Of a stretch of 64,000 bases of DNA, positions 40,277 to 52,500 are shown piece after piece. Positions within the stretch are counted from its first letter, which is position 1. Each line of letters begins with the position of its first letter. The stretch is from Cenococcum geophilum (taxonomy: Eukaryota), in contig CP158635.1 of the NCBI GenBank assembly GCA_050273025.1, positions 24,738,001 to 24,802,000 on the forward strand, in the 5' to 3' direction. The notes beneath the pieces are model-generated. The model was not told where the DNA came from. It saw only the letters and a program-made list of their open reading frames with translations, and ran no database searches. A program made the translations under genes and the position numbers.

Positions 40277-41488
40277 ATGGCTATTCCAAACAACTGGAGA
40301 GACTCCTTACCACTAGGGGTAGCTATATACGCGAAACTCATCGACGAAAATTGGGACGAATTTACCCTTAATATAACAACTTGTACCGCAAAACAAGTTA
40401 ACGGCTTTCTCCTACACCGTATTCTATTTTACTAAAGTAGATACTACGCCGATTCGCAGCTATAGGAATATTTTAGGGAGGATTTTATGGGATGGACTGC
40501 CAACACCTGGGCACTTGGTAATATTTATATTATTCGAGATTTTCGAGACTTCCTTCGGGAGAAAGGAGTATTTGTCCCTATAAACGGGGGTACTATTAGA
40601 GACAATATTCAGCAAGTCCTTAACGCAGAAGAAGAGCACAAATGGACTCCACAAGAGATTGAGCACCAAAAGAAGTTTAACTCTCGAGGGAATCCTAATA
40701 ACGGACAGCCACAAGCAATACTACAGACAACCTTAGGCTATCAAACACCTCAAGTTCCTCAGGCTGCCGTATCTCAACCCGTGCCTCAAGCTCCGCAACA
40801 AGCTCCGCATCAAGCTCCGCAACAAGCTCCGCATCAAGCTCCGCAACAAGCTCCGAAGCAACCTCCACAGCAACCACAACCTCCGCAGCAATCTCCGCAA
40901 CAACCTCCGTCTTTAGTTCCGCAGCCATCGCTTCCACCTCCGTCTTCAGTTCCCCAGTATCCACCTCTGTCTTTAGTTCTGTATCCATCGCAGCAGCCTC
41001 CGCAGCAATCTCCGCAGCAACCTCCGCAGCAATATCCGCAGCAATCTCCGCAGCAATCTCCGCAACAACCTCCGCAACAACCCAGATCTACGTTACCACC
41101 GCAAGATCAGGAGAAGTTTAGCAGGGAATTGGAATACGGCAGAGGGTACGATCAATATCGGCTACAAAGCACTGATGGAGGTTCTCGTGGAGACCCTTAT
41201 AGAGGTTCTCGTGGAGGTTCTCGTGGAGGTCCTCGTGGAGGTCCTCGTGGAGGCTCTCGTGGAGGTCCTCGCAGAGGTCCTCGTAGAGGTCCTCGTGGAG
41301 ATCCTCGTGGAGGTCCTCGTGGAGGCTCTCGTGGAGGTCCTCGTGGAGGTCCTCGTGGAGATCCTCGTGGAGATTCTCATAGAGGTCCTCATGGAGGTCC
41401 TCGTGGAGGTCCTCATGGAGGTCCTCGCAGAGGTTCTCGTGGAGGTCCTCGTAGAGCATCAAGAACTCTTTGGGATTCAATGGATTAG
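40277..41488 (+). pseudogene. Truncated gag: N-terminal domain + PQ-rich tract + RGGP repeat
   Basis: ATG at 40277 with two RIP-type stops near 40433 and 40463. ORF 40487-41488 is open. Homologous to the gag at 45059. Confidence 0.8.
41177..41455 (+). repeat. 12-bp tandem repeat ggaggtcctcgt, about 23 copies
   Basis: Directly visible. It produces the shadow ORFs in other frames. Confidence 0.95.
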
Positions 41489-44400
41489 TGGCCAAGACAA
41501 CCCGGCAGATGCGATGACAAAGGCAATTCAAGAGCATTCCTATTGGTCGACTGTCGTTCCCATTTGCTCGAGCTAGCCGTATCCAGTTACACTCCGCTAG
41601 CTCCGCAACCCTATTTTAACGACACAGTTTCCTAGGGCGTACTACCTGCCAAATTCCTACTATACTCTGCCGACCCTAACTTCTGCTAGCCAATCAGGAT
41701 TTTCCATGCCCGGCATGGAAAATCGCTATTGACTCGCTTACTACTAGCGCCTTGGCGACTCCCTTTGTATTCTCGTTAAACCTAACGTCCTTCTTTATCT
41801 TCTTCTTCTTCTCCTTAGCTTTGTATCTTTATATAGTGGCAATCTATAAGTGTATATAGATGGCAACCACAAAAGAAGAGTTGCCAGTGTCGGGAATGAG
41901 GCAAGCGGTCGTCACGTGTCGACGTGGCCCTAGCGTGGTGAGGAACCCTAAGTTCCTCACCCCTTTCCTTATTCCTATTAATAAAAATATACAACAATCA
42001 TCATACTATCTACGAACCGTAGCTACGTGATATCCCCCTTGTGTAACCAATAAAAGTTAATGTCTATACTGTATAAAATAGGCGTGTAATTGGCTGTACG
42101 CTAGTAGTAGATATGCTATATAATTTTATCGACGTCGAATAGGGCGATAAGTTACTAAAAGTGCTTTTTCTACTTAGGATTTTTGAGGTTAATAAATACC
42201 TTATTGTTCTTATACCACTTTTTAATTTTATAATATACGGTATTTATAAAGGTTTTATTGCTAGTATAATAATTATAGACCACCTAGGGACTACTAATAA
42301 TAATAAGGCCCGCTTATGGTCTAGTAATTATAAAAAGGTTCCTTGCCGTATCTTAGACAAATTTTAGCGGACTAGTAACTATTATATTATATACTAATAA
42401 CTCTACCTAGCCGCCTTAGATGCCGTTAATAGTAAAGACCTTAATCTTACTAACTACTGGCGTAAATTCCCGCTACTTGCTGCCATCTTACTAGGCGTAG
42501 CACTATTCTTTAAGCGTATATAGCGCTGCGGAGTAGATAGCAAGTTAGGCTATATATAGAACGGTAAGGCTAACCTCTAATAGCTTAAATCTAAAGTCTA
42601 TTAGCGCTATAGCCACCTAAAATACGCGTTAAGCGTAGACTAGGTTATACGTTAATTAGCTAAGCTTATTTACCTATATAGTACTATTAATAGCAAGGAA
42701 GGCGATAGAGTGGTCGCAGTGTAGTATATTCTTAAAAAGCTCGCCACCAGCTTTAACTGCTCTTAGTCCTTAACTATTAGGCTTATCTAAAACTGGCTAT
42801 ATAGTAGGACGGCATTTATAAGATATGCAATATCTTTAATAAATTAATATTGCAGCGAGAACTATACCATATCCGTACTAGCCGCGAGGAGACGCGTATA
42901 GAGGAAGATGGATTTCTAATAGTAAAACGGATTATCAAAATCGGGACTAAGGATTAGTTTTGGTTAGTATATATTACTAAAGAAAACCTAAGGCATAGGG
43001 TCGCTAGTCTAGATCTATAAACCTCCCTAAATTAAATATAGTCTACTCTAAATAAACCTAGTAAGACTGCTTAGCTTGGACGCCTTTTTAGTCTTATTAT
43101 AAAAAACTACGCGTATAGCGCTAATAGAATGTATATAAGTCTATAAGACTATATCGGGTGTTATAAGAATAACATTAGCCTTCTTAGCTAGGTTTGCGAT
43201 AACTACGTTAGCCATAAGTGTTAATCCTATCTTATTATCTTGCATTATATTATTACTAAGCGTAAATTAGTACAAGTATTAGCGGAATTTGGTGTATTTA
43301 GTTATATTAGGGTCTATAATAGAATATAAGTTTCCGTTACTATCTAGAACACCTATAAGGTGTAATAACTACTAACCTTTAGACAAATCTATAACATATA
43401 ACCGCTTATTAAAGCCAGTGGCATTACTAGCCTTAAACGTACGGTAGAGCAAGAATGCTATATTTAGCATAGACGCGTCCTCGTTAATTATAGCATAGTT
43501 ATTCTATTCCTTAAAATACTTAGGATAAATATTAATACCTACCGCTGTTCGCTATATAACGGTATCCTGCTTATAGACCTTAGTTTCTATTAAGCGTATA
43601 TAGCGGCGAAGGATAATAGGAAATTTAGCGGGATGGCCTTATATAATTAGTGCCTTATAGTCCTCTATAAGCGTATTATTAATTATCTTAACTAGTATAT
43701 CTAGTTAGCGATTAAGCGGCAATAAGACCCAAATTCTAGTAGGATCCTGCTAGGGCGACCTAAGTTAATACTAGTATTATACTAAGACAGTTAGGAAGGT
43801 TGATTTCCCAATACTACTAAGGCCTTATATTAGTAAAATACCGCCTATTATATATTTAAGCGCAGTATAGGCACCCGTTTACTCTTTGTTAAGTAGTAGT
43901 AAGATAGCCTTAAGGGCATTATTAACCGAGTTCTTTCTATACTTAGTAATATTATAGTTAAAGTAATTAATACGCGGGAGATTTGTGAAGTTATTAAACA
44001 GCGTAATTTGGCGCTTAATATAGAAACTATTGCCTCCTTACTATAGGTGGTATAGAGTATTAATCTCTTAGGAGATTCTAACCTTAGGGACACGCTTAGT
44101 TATAAGATATTTAATACCTTATGCCGTAATTAGGGCCTTACTTAGGTTACTAACTATTATAAAGTTATTACTGCTTAAGATATACTCCAGAGCGAATGCG
44201 GGGTTTAGTATAAACTTATAACCTACCTATAGTTAAAAGATAAAAGCATAGTAGTTATAGCCGGAGCTAAAGGGAGTAGTATTAACAATAACTCCTTTCT
44301 AGCTGGCCTAAATATCTACGTCTTTACCTAGAAATAAGATATTAATAATAAAGTTAGTATAAAGGGTAAGACTATTAACTATCTAGATGGTAGCGTAGTA

Positions 44401-44603
44401 AACTCAGTCCGTGCCACCTAGAAAGGTAATAAGATAAATAATAGTAGGTACTTAGGGGTTCTAATTAACGGCCTTAAGGCTCGCGACTACGGCATAGAAC
44501 TGGACCGTAAAATACTTAAGAACGCTATTAAACTAATACCTCGTAGGGATTTTGTATAATAGTTAGTCCTCTACTAAGAGCTATATACTAAGCTAAATAT
44601 TTA

Positions 44604-46405
44604 TGTCTAAACAAGCGAGCAGAACTTGGTGGAACTCTTATAGGAGCAATCACGTGAGCTAAGCGAGCTCAGGAAACCCCTTAAATTCCACCTATCTATG
44701 TATGAGAAGACAAGAAGAAGAACACGAATGAATTAAGAAACAGTTACCTTATATTGCAATTGCAGTACCCCCCTGGGTGATACCGACACTGATTAGTGAT
44801 ATCACAGATCAGCCAGGTGTTATTATAAAGAGAGACGATACGCGATCGCTCCTACCAAGGCCCGCTAATCGTGTTGCGTTTGCTAAGGAGAACCCTTTCT
44901 ACCAAGGCCCTGGGAACTTAAAGAACCGACTCCTACCAAGGCTTCGTTCGGTTCGCGTCTACCACGCAAAATCAACACCCAGTACGACCTCTTTACTGAG
45001 CGCCAGTACACCCTACAACCTAGTAGCGTTAGCAGCACCACGACCTACGCCAGACACAATGTCCGACATAAGAATCCAATGTCCGAACTGGGCCAACGGA
45101 ATTACCCTAACTAATGAGACCACCGCAGAGGACATTACCAACTACATTGACTTTAAAATCAATGAGTATACTAAGTACAACTTTAAGGATAAAGGCTTAT
45201 GGGAATTATACCAAGAGGACTTTAATAATTTTGAGGTACAAACATTTAAGGATGCTGATAGGTCTGCACTTAAGGCACTCAAACAACTACTCCGACGTAA
45301 TAAAGTATGGGTCTTTAACGAGAGCAAGTCAGTACCACAAGCGCTGTACGACGTCGCTTATGAGGACGACCGTACGGAATGGTCAGATGCAGAAATTCAG
45401 CTATATATCAACAGCGAAGGACCCTTCAATTCGTATGCTATCAACTATCGTCTTAAATTACGCCCACTTGCCACTACCCCTAGGACACCTTAACCACCTG
45501 TTGCAACTACACCCCAGCAAGCTGCTCCGTCTACACAAGCTCCGTCCGCGCAAGCTCCGCCCACACAAGCCTCGTCCGCGCAAGCTCCGTCCACGCAAGC
45601 CCCGTCCGCGCAAGCTCCGCCTACGCAAGCTCCGTCTACAGAAGCTCCGCCTGCGCAAGCTCCGTCCGCGCAAGCTCCGCCCGCGCCAGCTCCGCTAGCT
45701 TCACCTTCCCCCTTGCCTACAAACGTCACAGCTGTCTTAAATGACCTTCCTCCTATAGCCGAGCTCCCCTTACCTACGAACGTTATAGCTACCTCTACAA
45801 ACGTTACGGCTCCCCCTACCTATAATCCCGACACCGTCTGCTGCCTTCCTTGCAGATCTGCCATATTAAAAATTACGTCAACAGCGCGCCCTAAACGCCT
45901 ACAGCCTACGGCTAAACGATTGTGCCGTTACGCCTGCAATCCGTCTGACGCTAGCACCGTACTGCCACATACCATTAACAAACTAATAGCGCCGCTACGC
46001 CTGCTATTACGACACCGATCGCGCCGATACGTCTGCGATCTACTGATTAAATGATCGTGCCTATATGCCTATAATCAACCAACCAACTGATAGATAAGCT
46101 CTCTGCTTAACCACTATCACTACCGCCGCTGGTACCATACTACCGCTTTCTTTTTATGGGTTATTTGATAATTTGGCATAAAGCCTATTATCCTTCTTTC
46201 CTTTTTGTAAAAGTCGCCAGTGTCTAAACAAGCGAGTAGAACTTGGTGGAACTCTTATAGGAGCAATCACGTGAGCTAAGCGAGCTCAGGAAACCCCTTA
46301 AATTCCACCTATCTATGTATGAGAAGACAAGAAGAAGAACACGAATGAATTAAGAAACAGTTACCTTATATTGCAATTGCAGTACCCCCCCGGGTGATAC
46401 CGACA
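44604..46405 (+). mobile_element. Non-autonomous GalEa-type Copia mini-element 2 (1.8 kb)
   Basis: 185-bp LTRs at 44604-44788 and 46221-46405 differ at about 2 C/T sites. TSD attta. ca-ctgattagtg follows the 5' LTR. Confidence 0.93.
45059..46054 (+). pseudogene. Truncated gag with QAPSA (15-bp) repeats and one in-frame TAA at 45491-45493
   Basis: ORFs 44777-45493 and 45713-46054 are in the same frame. LWELYQEDF...LLRRNKVWV...EWSDAEI aligns with L(W)EYFREDF...FLREKGVFV...KWTPQEI of element 1. Confidence 0.8.
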
Positions 46406-48842
46406 ATTTATATTATAGTTCTTCTACTAGTAACCTAAAGAATTATTAACGCTCTGCTATTATAGGCTTGCGTTTAGGCTTATAATATAACTATTAAGCT
46501 ATTTAGTACCTAGTATAAAGAAGTAGACAATAACCGCAGAACTCTTTAATAGCATATCCTAAGCTTTATAGATTTGCGGTGTAAATAGGCCGAAGTCCCT
46601 ATTAATAAAGAAGTACTCGCTAAGTAACGTACGCGTACCTAGTACGAGTTTATTAAAGGCGACAACGAACCTAATATAGTAAAGTTGTAGGGTTATAGCA
46701 TCTTGCGGAAGAATACGAGTAAGATGCTTAAGCGTAGTTAGATATAATAGTTATTAAGTAACCAGAGAAGTAGTATTAGTAGTATTAACCTTAACGTCGC
46801 TAGCGATGTTGGCATCCGTAAATTAGATAGACGCCGTCTTATATAAATAATAAGTAGGCATTCTACTGGTTTTATAAGATACCTAGAATATAATGCTATA
46901 TGCTATAATATACTCTTTAATAATTTGCATAATAAACTAAACTATAAGGTAGTTATTATTTAGAAGCTAAAGTATATCTAAAGGTTCGGCCATTATAGAA
47001 TTGCTATTCTTTACGTAGGTATCTAGATTGTCTACTAGGCTATCCGCCACTGGATAGAAGCCGGCTATATTAAGAGGTTTAGGCGATAAAGAAGTAGTAG
47101 CTATACTTAAAGTAGTAGCACCTAGTATATCTACCTTGCCTAAAGCAGTTATAGCGTTTATCGCCCGAATTAAAGTAGGTCCACTTATATAATTATTAAT
47201 ATTATACCCTATAACTCCGCAGTTCTTATATACCTAACTATAGAAGACAGTCTAATAGTCTAGGGAGCTATAGTTTAAGTAAGTCCACTTCTTCTTACCC
47301 AATAGCTAGAGATAGTCTCGCTTTCTATAGCCTATAGCACTATATTAGTTATACATTACACTAAAATAGTTACTCTTAAGATAACCGGCTTCCCTATAAT
47401 TATTACATATAGGGTTAGGGCAGTTAGCTTTAAGATAACTAGCCTTACTATAGCCGCGATAAAGTTAAGAAGCTTTCTTAAAAGGATAATCGGCCCGTAT
47501 ATAGCTGGTAGATAGATAAAAATAGCATTTTAGAGCGTTGTTAGCTAAGAAGTATAGACTACTAAGCTCTAAAAGAAGAGGCCCGTTAAGCGTAGGGCTC
47601 TTACTATTGCCTTATAAGGCACTAGAGCCTATAGTTACTATAGTTAAAGCAATTTTAAAAACTATAACGCCCTTAGCGAACTTTTTGTGGTTATAGACGT
47701 AGTTAACGTCGCGAGTTATAAAATAATTAGTAGGTAGGTCTATTTTAGTAGCAGGCTATATTAAGCGGTAGTTTGTATAAACGTATTAGTAAATATAGAT
47801 TCTCTATTATATAGCTAAGGCCGAAGATAAGGCAGCTGACTTACTACGTTATAAGGCTTTACAGCTTAGATAAATCTACAGAGGCACTAGTTATAAAGGT
47901 AAATACCAGTAGGGTAGGAGTAAGGGTAGGTAGTTAGTAGAGTTAGGTTAATTAGTAAAGGTAAGGAAATAAGGTACGCCCTAATAAAATTGTAAAAGTA
48001 AGGCCTTAGCAGTAAAGTATACGGTTATATACTCTATAGGTTAAACGCGTATAAGGGTAAATCTATAGTAATAAGACTAACCTATAGAGGAAGATACGGT
48101 ATAGTATAAGTTACGGGGACTACCCTACCTAGCCTATCTCTTAATATAGGCCAGGCAATAGTCCAGCACTATTAAGCTCTTATAGTTTATAATATAAGTA
48201 TATAGACGTATAAAAGGGTAAGGGAAAAAAGAAGCAAGTAATAAAGTAAAAGCACTTTATTATAAGTAGGCTAATTACGTTATAGGTAAACGGAAACTTA
48301 AACACCGTAATTTGTTAAAAATGTCACTAATAAGTACAGCCTACTACTACTAGAAAGTATAAGTCTTTTCTTCCCTTAATTAGTAAGAGAAAAGGCATTA
48401 TTAACTAAATAATCTCTTGCTAAAGTATTAGGTGGGGAGTGGGATATTATAAAACTATATATAGTTCTAAATAGATCTAAAATAAAGATATTAAATTTAA
48501 GAGACTCTAACGTAATAAATACTATAGTAGAATACTAACCTCTTATATAATACTAAATAGATAAATAGCGAGATAAGTTAACGTTGTTAAGTGGCTGGAT
48601 ACTGGTATATATAACATGTCTACTATCTTAAAATGCCCTAAAATGCTATTAATTATATAAACTTATAATATAAGATATAAAACCTCCTACTACCTTTTAC
48701 GGTAGATATGCGTTTAAATAAGCACTAGATATTTATGCACAGACATAAATCCCGTATACTAAATAATTATTATTCTAGATAGACTTATCTAGTAGGCCCT
48801 TAAGTGCTATATAGTATAATAATAATACTAGTAATTACGAAG

Positions 48843-49168
48843 TAAGTATAATACGTCGCTATCTACTAGAAGTACTACCTATTATATACTAAGCACTTCG
48901 CAGTAATAGAGTCCGCATATATAGATATAGGCTAGCCCTCTAACTCTAGTGGCGTGTATATCTACCAACTTTATATAATAATAAGAAATATAGTAACGCC
49001 TATAATAAGTGCAATACGTCGCTATTTACTAGAAATACCACCTATTATATAGTAAACACTTTATAGTAATAGAGCCCGCACGTATAGACATAGGCTAGCC
49101 CTTTAACTTTAGCGGCGCGTATATATACCAACTCTATATAATAATAAGAAATATAGTAACGCCTATAA
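48843..49168 (+). repeat. 163-bp tandem duplication in the intergenic region between the two helicase genes
   Basis: Units start at 48843 and 49006 and differ mostly by transitions. Confidence 0.9.
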
Positions 49169-49599
49169 CCTCCTATATTCTACTATACTATAATAACTAG
49201 TTACCCCTTTGCAGGCACTTAATAAATTGCTTATATTAAAAACTATAAGAGTCTAGTAGTACTAGACCGCTACCTAGCCCTAAATAGGCTAGGTAGGGTA
49301 GTCCCTATAAGTTATATAATTATACCCTTATTTAACTGCACAGTACTAAGTCTAGCCGTATTTACCCTAACCAGTAGTAGCAAACTATAGCCAATTTTAC
49401 CTCTATGCGGGCACGTACGGGCAATTACAAGATTTACCTCTTTACCTCTTCTTAATTAACTTTACTTATCCTACCTTCTATCTCTCCTATAACTAACCTC
49501 TAACTATATCTAATACTAGAGTTATACTAGTATAGCGCTAGCCAGCTACCATATAAAGCCCTCCTACTTTAATAGTCACCTTCTACTTAATATATACTG

Positions 49600-52500
49600 T
49601 AATATTATACATACCTAATTAAATAAGTGACTTAATAATGATGTAAATATAGGCAAAGCCGGACGCGTAGTATAAGGCAAACCTAAAGCTAACTAAAGAT
49701 ATAGATATTGCCCAAGGCTTCGGAATAAGCATTAAAAACTATAATAGACTAAAAGAGACGGTTAAAGATATCACGATTAAAGTTAAGCCTAAGCACGTAA
49801 TATATCGCGGTAACTCTATAATAATCAAAAAAGGGCACGTTAAGGAGTTTTATAAGTAACTTCTATAATTTACTAATACTCTACTAGATTAGAAACTATA
49901 GGTAATCCTAAAATTTATAAAAAGTGCTTATTCTAATTGCGTAAGGAGGGTACTAAGTACCTTTAAGAGTAGGTACGCTCTATATAAATATATATTACCC
50001 CTAAAGACTAAAGCATAAGATAAAACAACGCTACTTTAGCTACTATATGCGATATAGCCTATAGACGTTACTATAACCCTACTATATAGTATCCCTTCGC
50101 CTTAGCTAGCAACCTTAGTGGTAAGCATTACAATTAATATAGGAGATATTGAGATTAAAATCTAATCTATAGGCTTAACGGGCAGGTTAATAGTTAGGGT
50201 AGTTTAAGTCTTATATTTAATAAGTAGAAACCTATATATAGCTTTAAGTAAGCTATAAAAGGAACTATAAGCCTATATAGAGCTTAACATTAATAGTCCG
50301 CCCAAAAAAAAATCTATATATCGCTGTAAAGATATAAAAACCTCGCAATATAGTTAGAGGGTATACTTATTACAGCTCTTAGCGAAATAGTAAGAAATGG
50401 CATAAAGGAGGCCGTGCTTATAGTATTACTCTTACCTTCTAGCTTAAACTCCTAAGTTGCTGCCACTAATAATATACCGCTAGCTATTAAATCTAAGGCG
50501 CCTAGATATAACGGACGCAGCGTAAAAGATAGCTAGTAAATCCTAACGCCGTATAAGGCTAGCGGTAAGAGTAAACTAAGAGAAGGCAAGAAGCGAAGTT
50601 AATTAGGATTAGCAGTATATAGCTCTAAGAAAGATAGTAAGGGTAAGCCTATTAGATATAAGAAATCGGATAATAATAAAACCAAATTAGGTAGATATAA
50701 TAAGTGGCCTTAACTAAGATTAATAATAAGTGCTCTAGCAAAGGATAATAAAGCAAGCCAGCCGTGCCTAGGAAGTTAAATAGTCGTAAGGCTAACCTAA
50801 ATAGAAGTAGGAAACGCCCTTAAGCAGAATTAGCGGTAGATACCCTTACGGAAAATAGTAATAATAAACTAATTATGCGTAGAAGGTGATTAGTAAAGGG
50901 AAGACATAATCTATCTGCCTATAAGCCTATATTAGTAAGTAATAGCGGTACTGGAGAAATTGCCATAGATAACGGTAAATTGCCACAACCTATTACCGAA
51001 TCTAAAGGTATATACTAGCCTAATAATATAATAGACGACCCTACTACCGCATCGCCAACCGTTAATACCCCTTAAAATATTACTATAGAGGACAGTAAAT
51101 TGCCGTAACGTGCTAGTAGATATAATAATTAGTTCTTATATTATACTAACTCTAAAGACGTAGAGAGTGGAGATAAAGATAAGGATTTAGTTAATAATAA
51201 CGACTAAGATAAGGATTTGGTTAATAATAACGACTAAAATAAAGATTTAGTTAATAATAATAACTAAGACGTAGATGTAGAGAAAGAGCTTAACTAGTAA
51301 TCTTTTTTAGCCCAGCTTTATAAGGCCGGGAAGAATAACCTAGATAGTGTACTAGCGCATATATCGGAGGTGGATCTTTTACTTACTCTAGAGTATTTCC
51401 TACTTATCTTATTAAAAGCACTCTCTAAAACTACCCTAATTGAACTCCCTAATTAGGGTCTTATATTAGGCTTTAAATTTAGCCTATACTAAGTAGTATA
51501 TATAGTTTAGGCATTTAAGTAAGAGAGGATAATTAAAAAAGACAGCACCTACATAGACAAACCCAGCGCGGGCAAGACTGTATAAATAATTACTTAATAG
51601 CTAATAAACTACTTTTATTATTAGAACGTAATAGACGTTTAAAAGGCCTAAGCCGCTAGGGACGTAACCCACTACCTACCTAAGATATATCCGCTGGATA
51701 TAAAATGCCTATAGGTAGTAAAGCAGCCAATTATATACTACTATAAAGATAACTTTAAGAAACTGTACCCTATAGACCCACAGCGAGGCTATTTAGTTAT
51801 CCTTATACCGACCCTAGGCCTACCAGGATTCCTAAAGGACGCGAGTATAATATTATAAAATGGCGCGATTATAAAGCGCCCTAACCCGCCCCAGATTATA
51901 ATTCTCGCCCCTAGCTATAATAAAGTTAAGATATTTAGTAAACTAAAAAAGGATAAATAGCCGTAAATCTGTAAGGCTCTTAAGTAGACTAACGAGGAAT
52001 AATAGGAGAATAACAATAATATATATCTAGTTGGTAAGACTCTCCTATTACACCCATAAGGGTAAAGCTAGATTTAAAAATTATTATTATCCTACCCCTA
52101 ATATAACGGAACTATTAGCGCTAAGATACCTAACCTAATTCCTTTTAATTACTACGCGAAATTATATTACCACACAACTAATACGCGGGTTTATTACTAT
52201 ACGAACTAGTATATAGAAATACCTAAAGGGCAAAACCCCTAGATCGTATTAAAAATTAAAGAGTATAATATAGGTTAGGCGTATTCTCTAGAATAAATAC
52301 CACCTAGACGCAACCAGTAGAGTCTTAATATTATTTATTAAGGATATAGTTAAAGAGTACTATATTACGTATAATCGTAGTCCTACTATATAGGGTATAT
52401 CTAGTACGCCTAATAACGGGAACCTAATATAACTAATGCGGTTTATTATAGTAGGATTAAAGAGGCCTAAGTAGGAAAAAGTAAATAAGCTAAAGGAAAC

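Larger units (their letters stand above)
39700..42052 (+). mobile_element. Non-autonomous GalEa-type Copia mini-element 1 (2.35 kb)
   Basis: LTRs at 39700-39867 and 41888-42052. TSD aaagt on both sides. Palindromic ca-ctaatcagtg follows the 5' LTR. Contains gag N-terminus and an RNase H tail remnant (WISGQDNPADAMTK). Confidence 0.92.
39400..47894 (-). pseudogene. Three CCHC zinc knuckles + UPF1/DNA2-like SF1 helicase (Plavaka cargo), split by two mini LTR elements
   Basis: Knuckles at about 47315-47460. Walker A LI(Q)G...GKST (~43820), VVF.(D)(E)(A) (~43095), (G)DP..(Q), LQY(R) (~42850), V(P)Y.A(Q) (~42555), TI(D)GI(Q)GG(Q) (~42420), and TRP(R)AGLII (~42310). Confidence 0.85.

Noticed and set aside
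40695..41576. ORFs with ELVA, HEDL, RTST and VEVL repeats
   Set aside because: They are shadow frames of the 12-bp repeats in the gag ORF. Only the RNase H tail at the end of 41175-41576 is meaningful.
42161..44093. Short ORFs 42161-42367 and 43848-44093
   Set aside because: They are antisense or fragmentary readings of the SF1 helicase pseudogene.
45114..45729. RKLRP-repeat and GACAD-repeat ORFs
   Set aside because: They are alternate-frame and antisense readings of the 15-bp QAPSA repeat.
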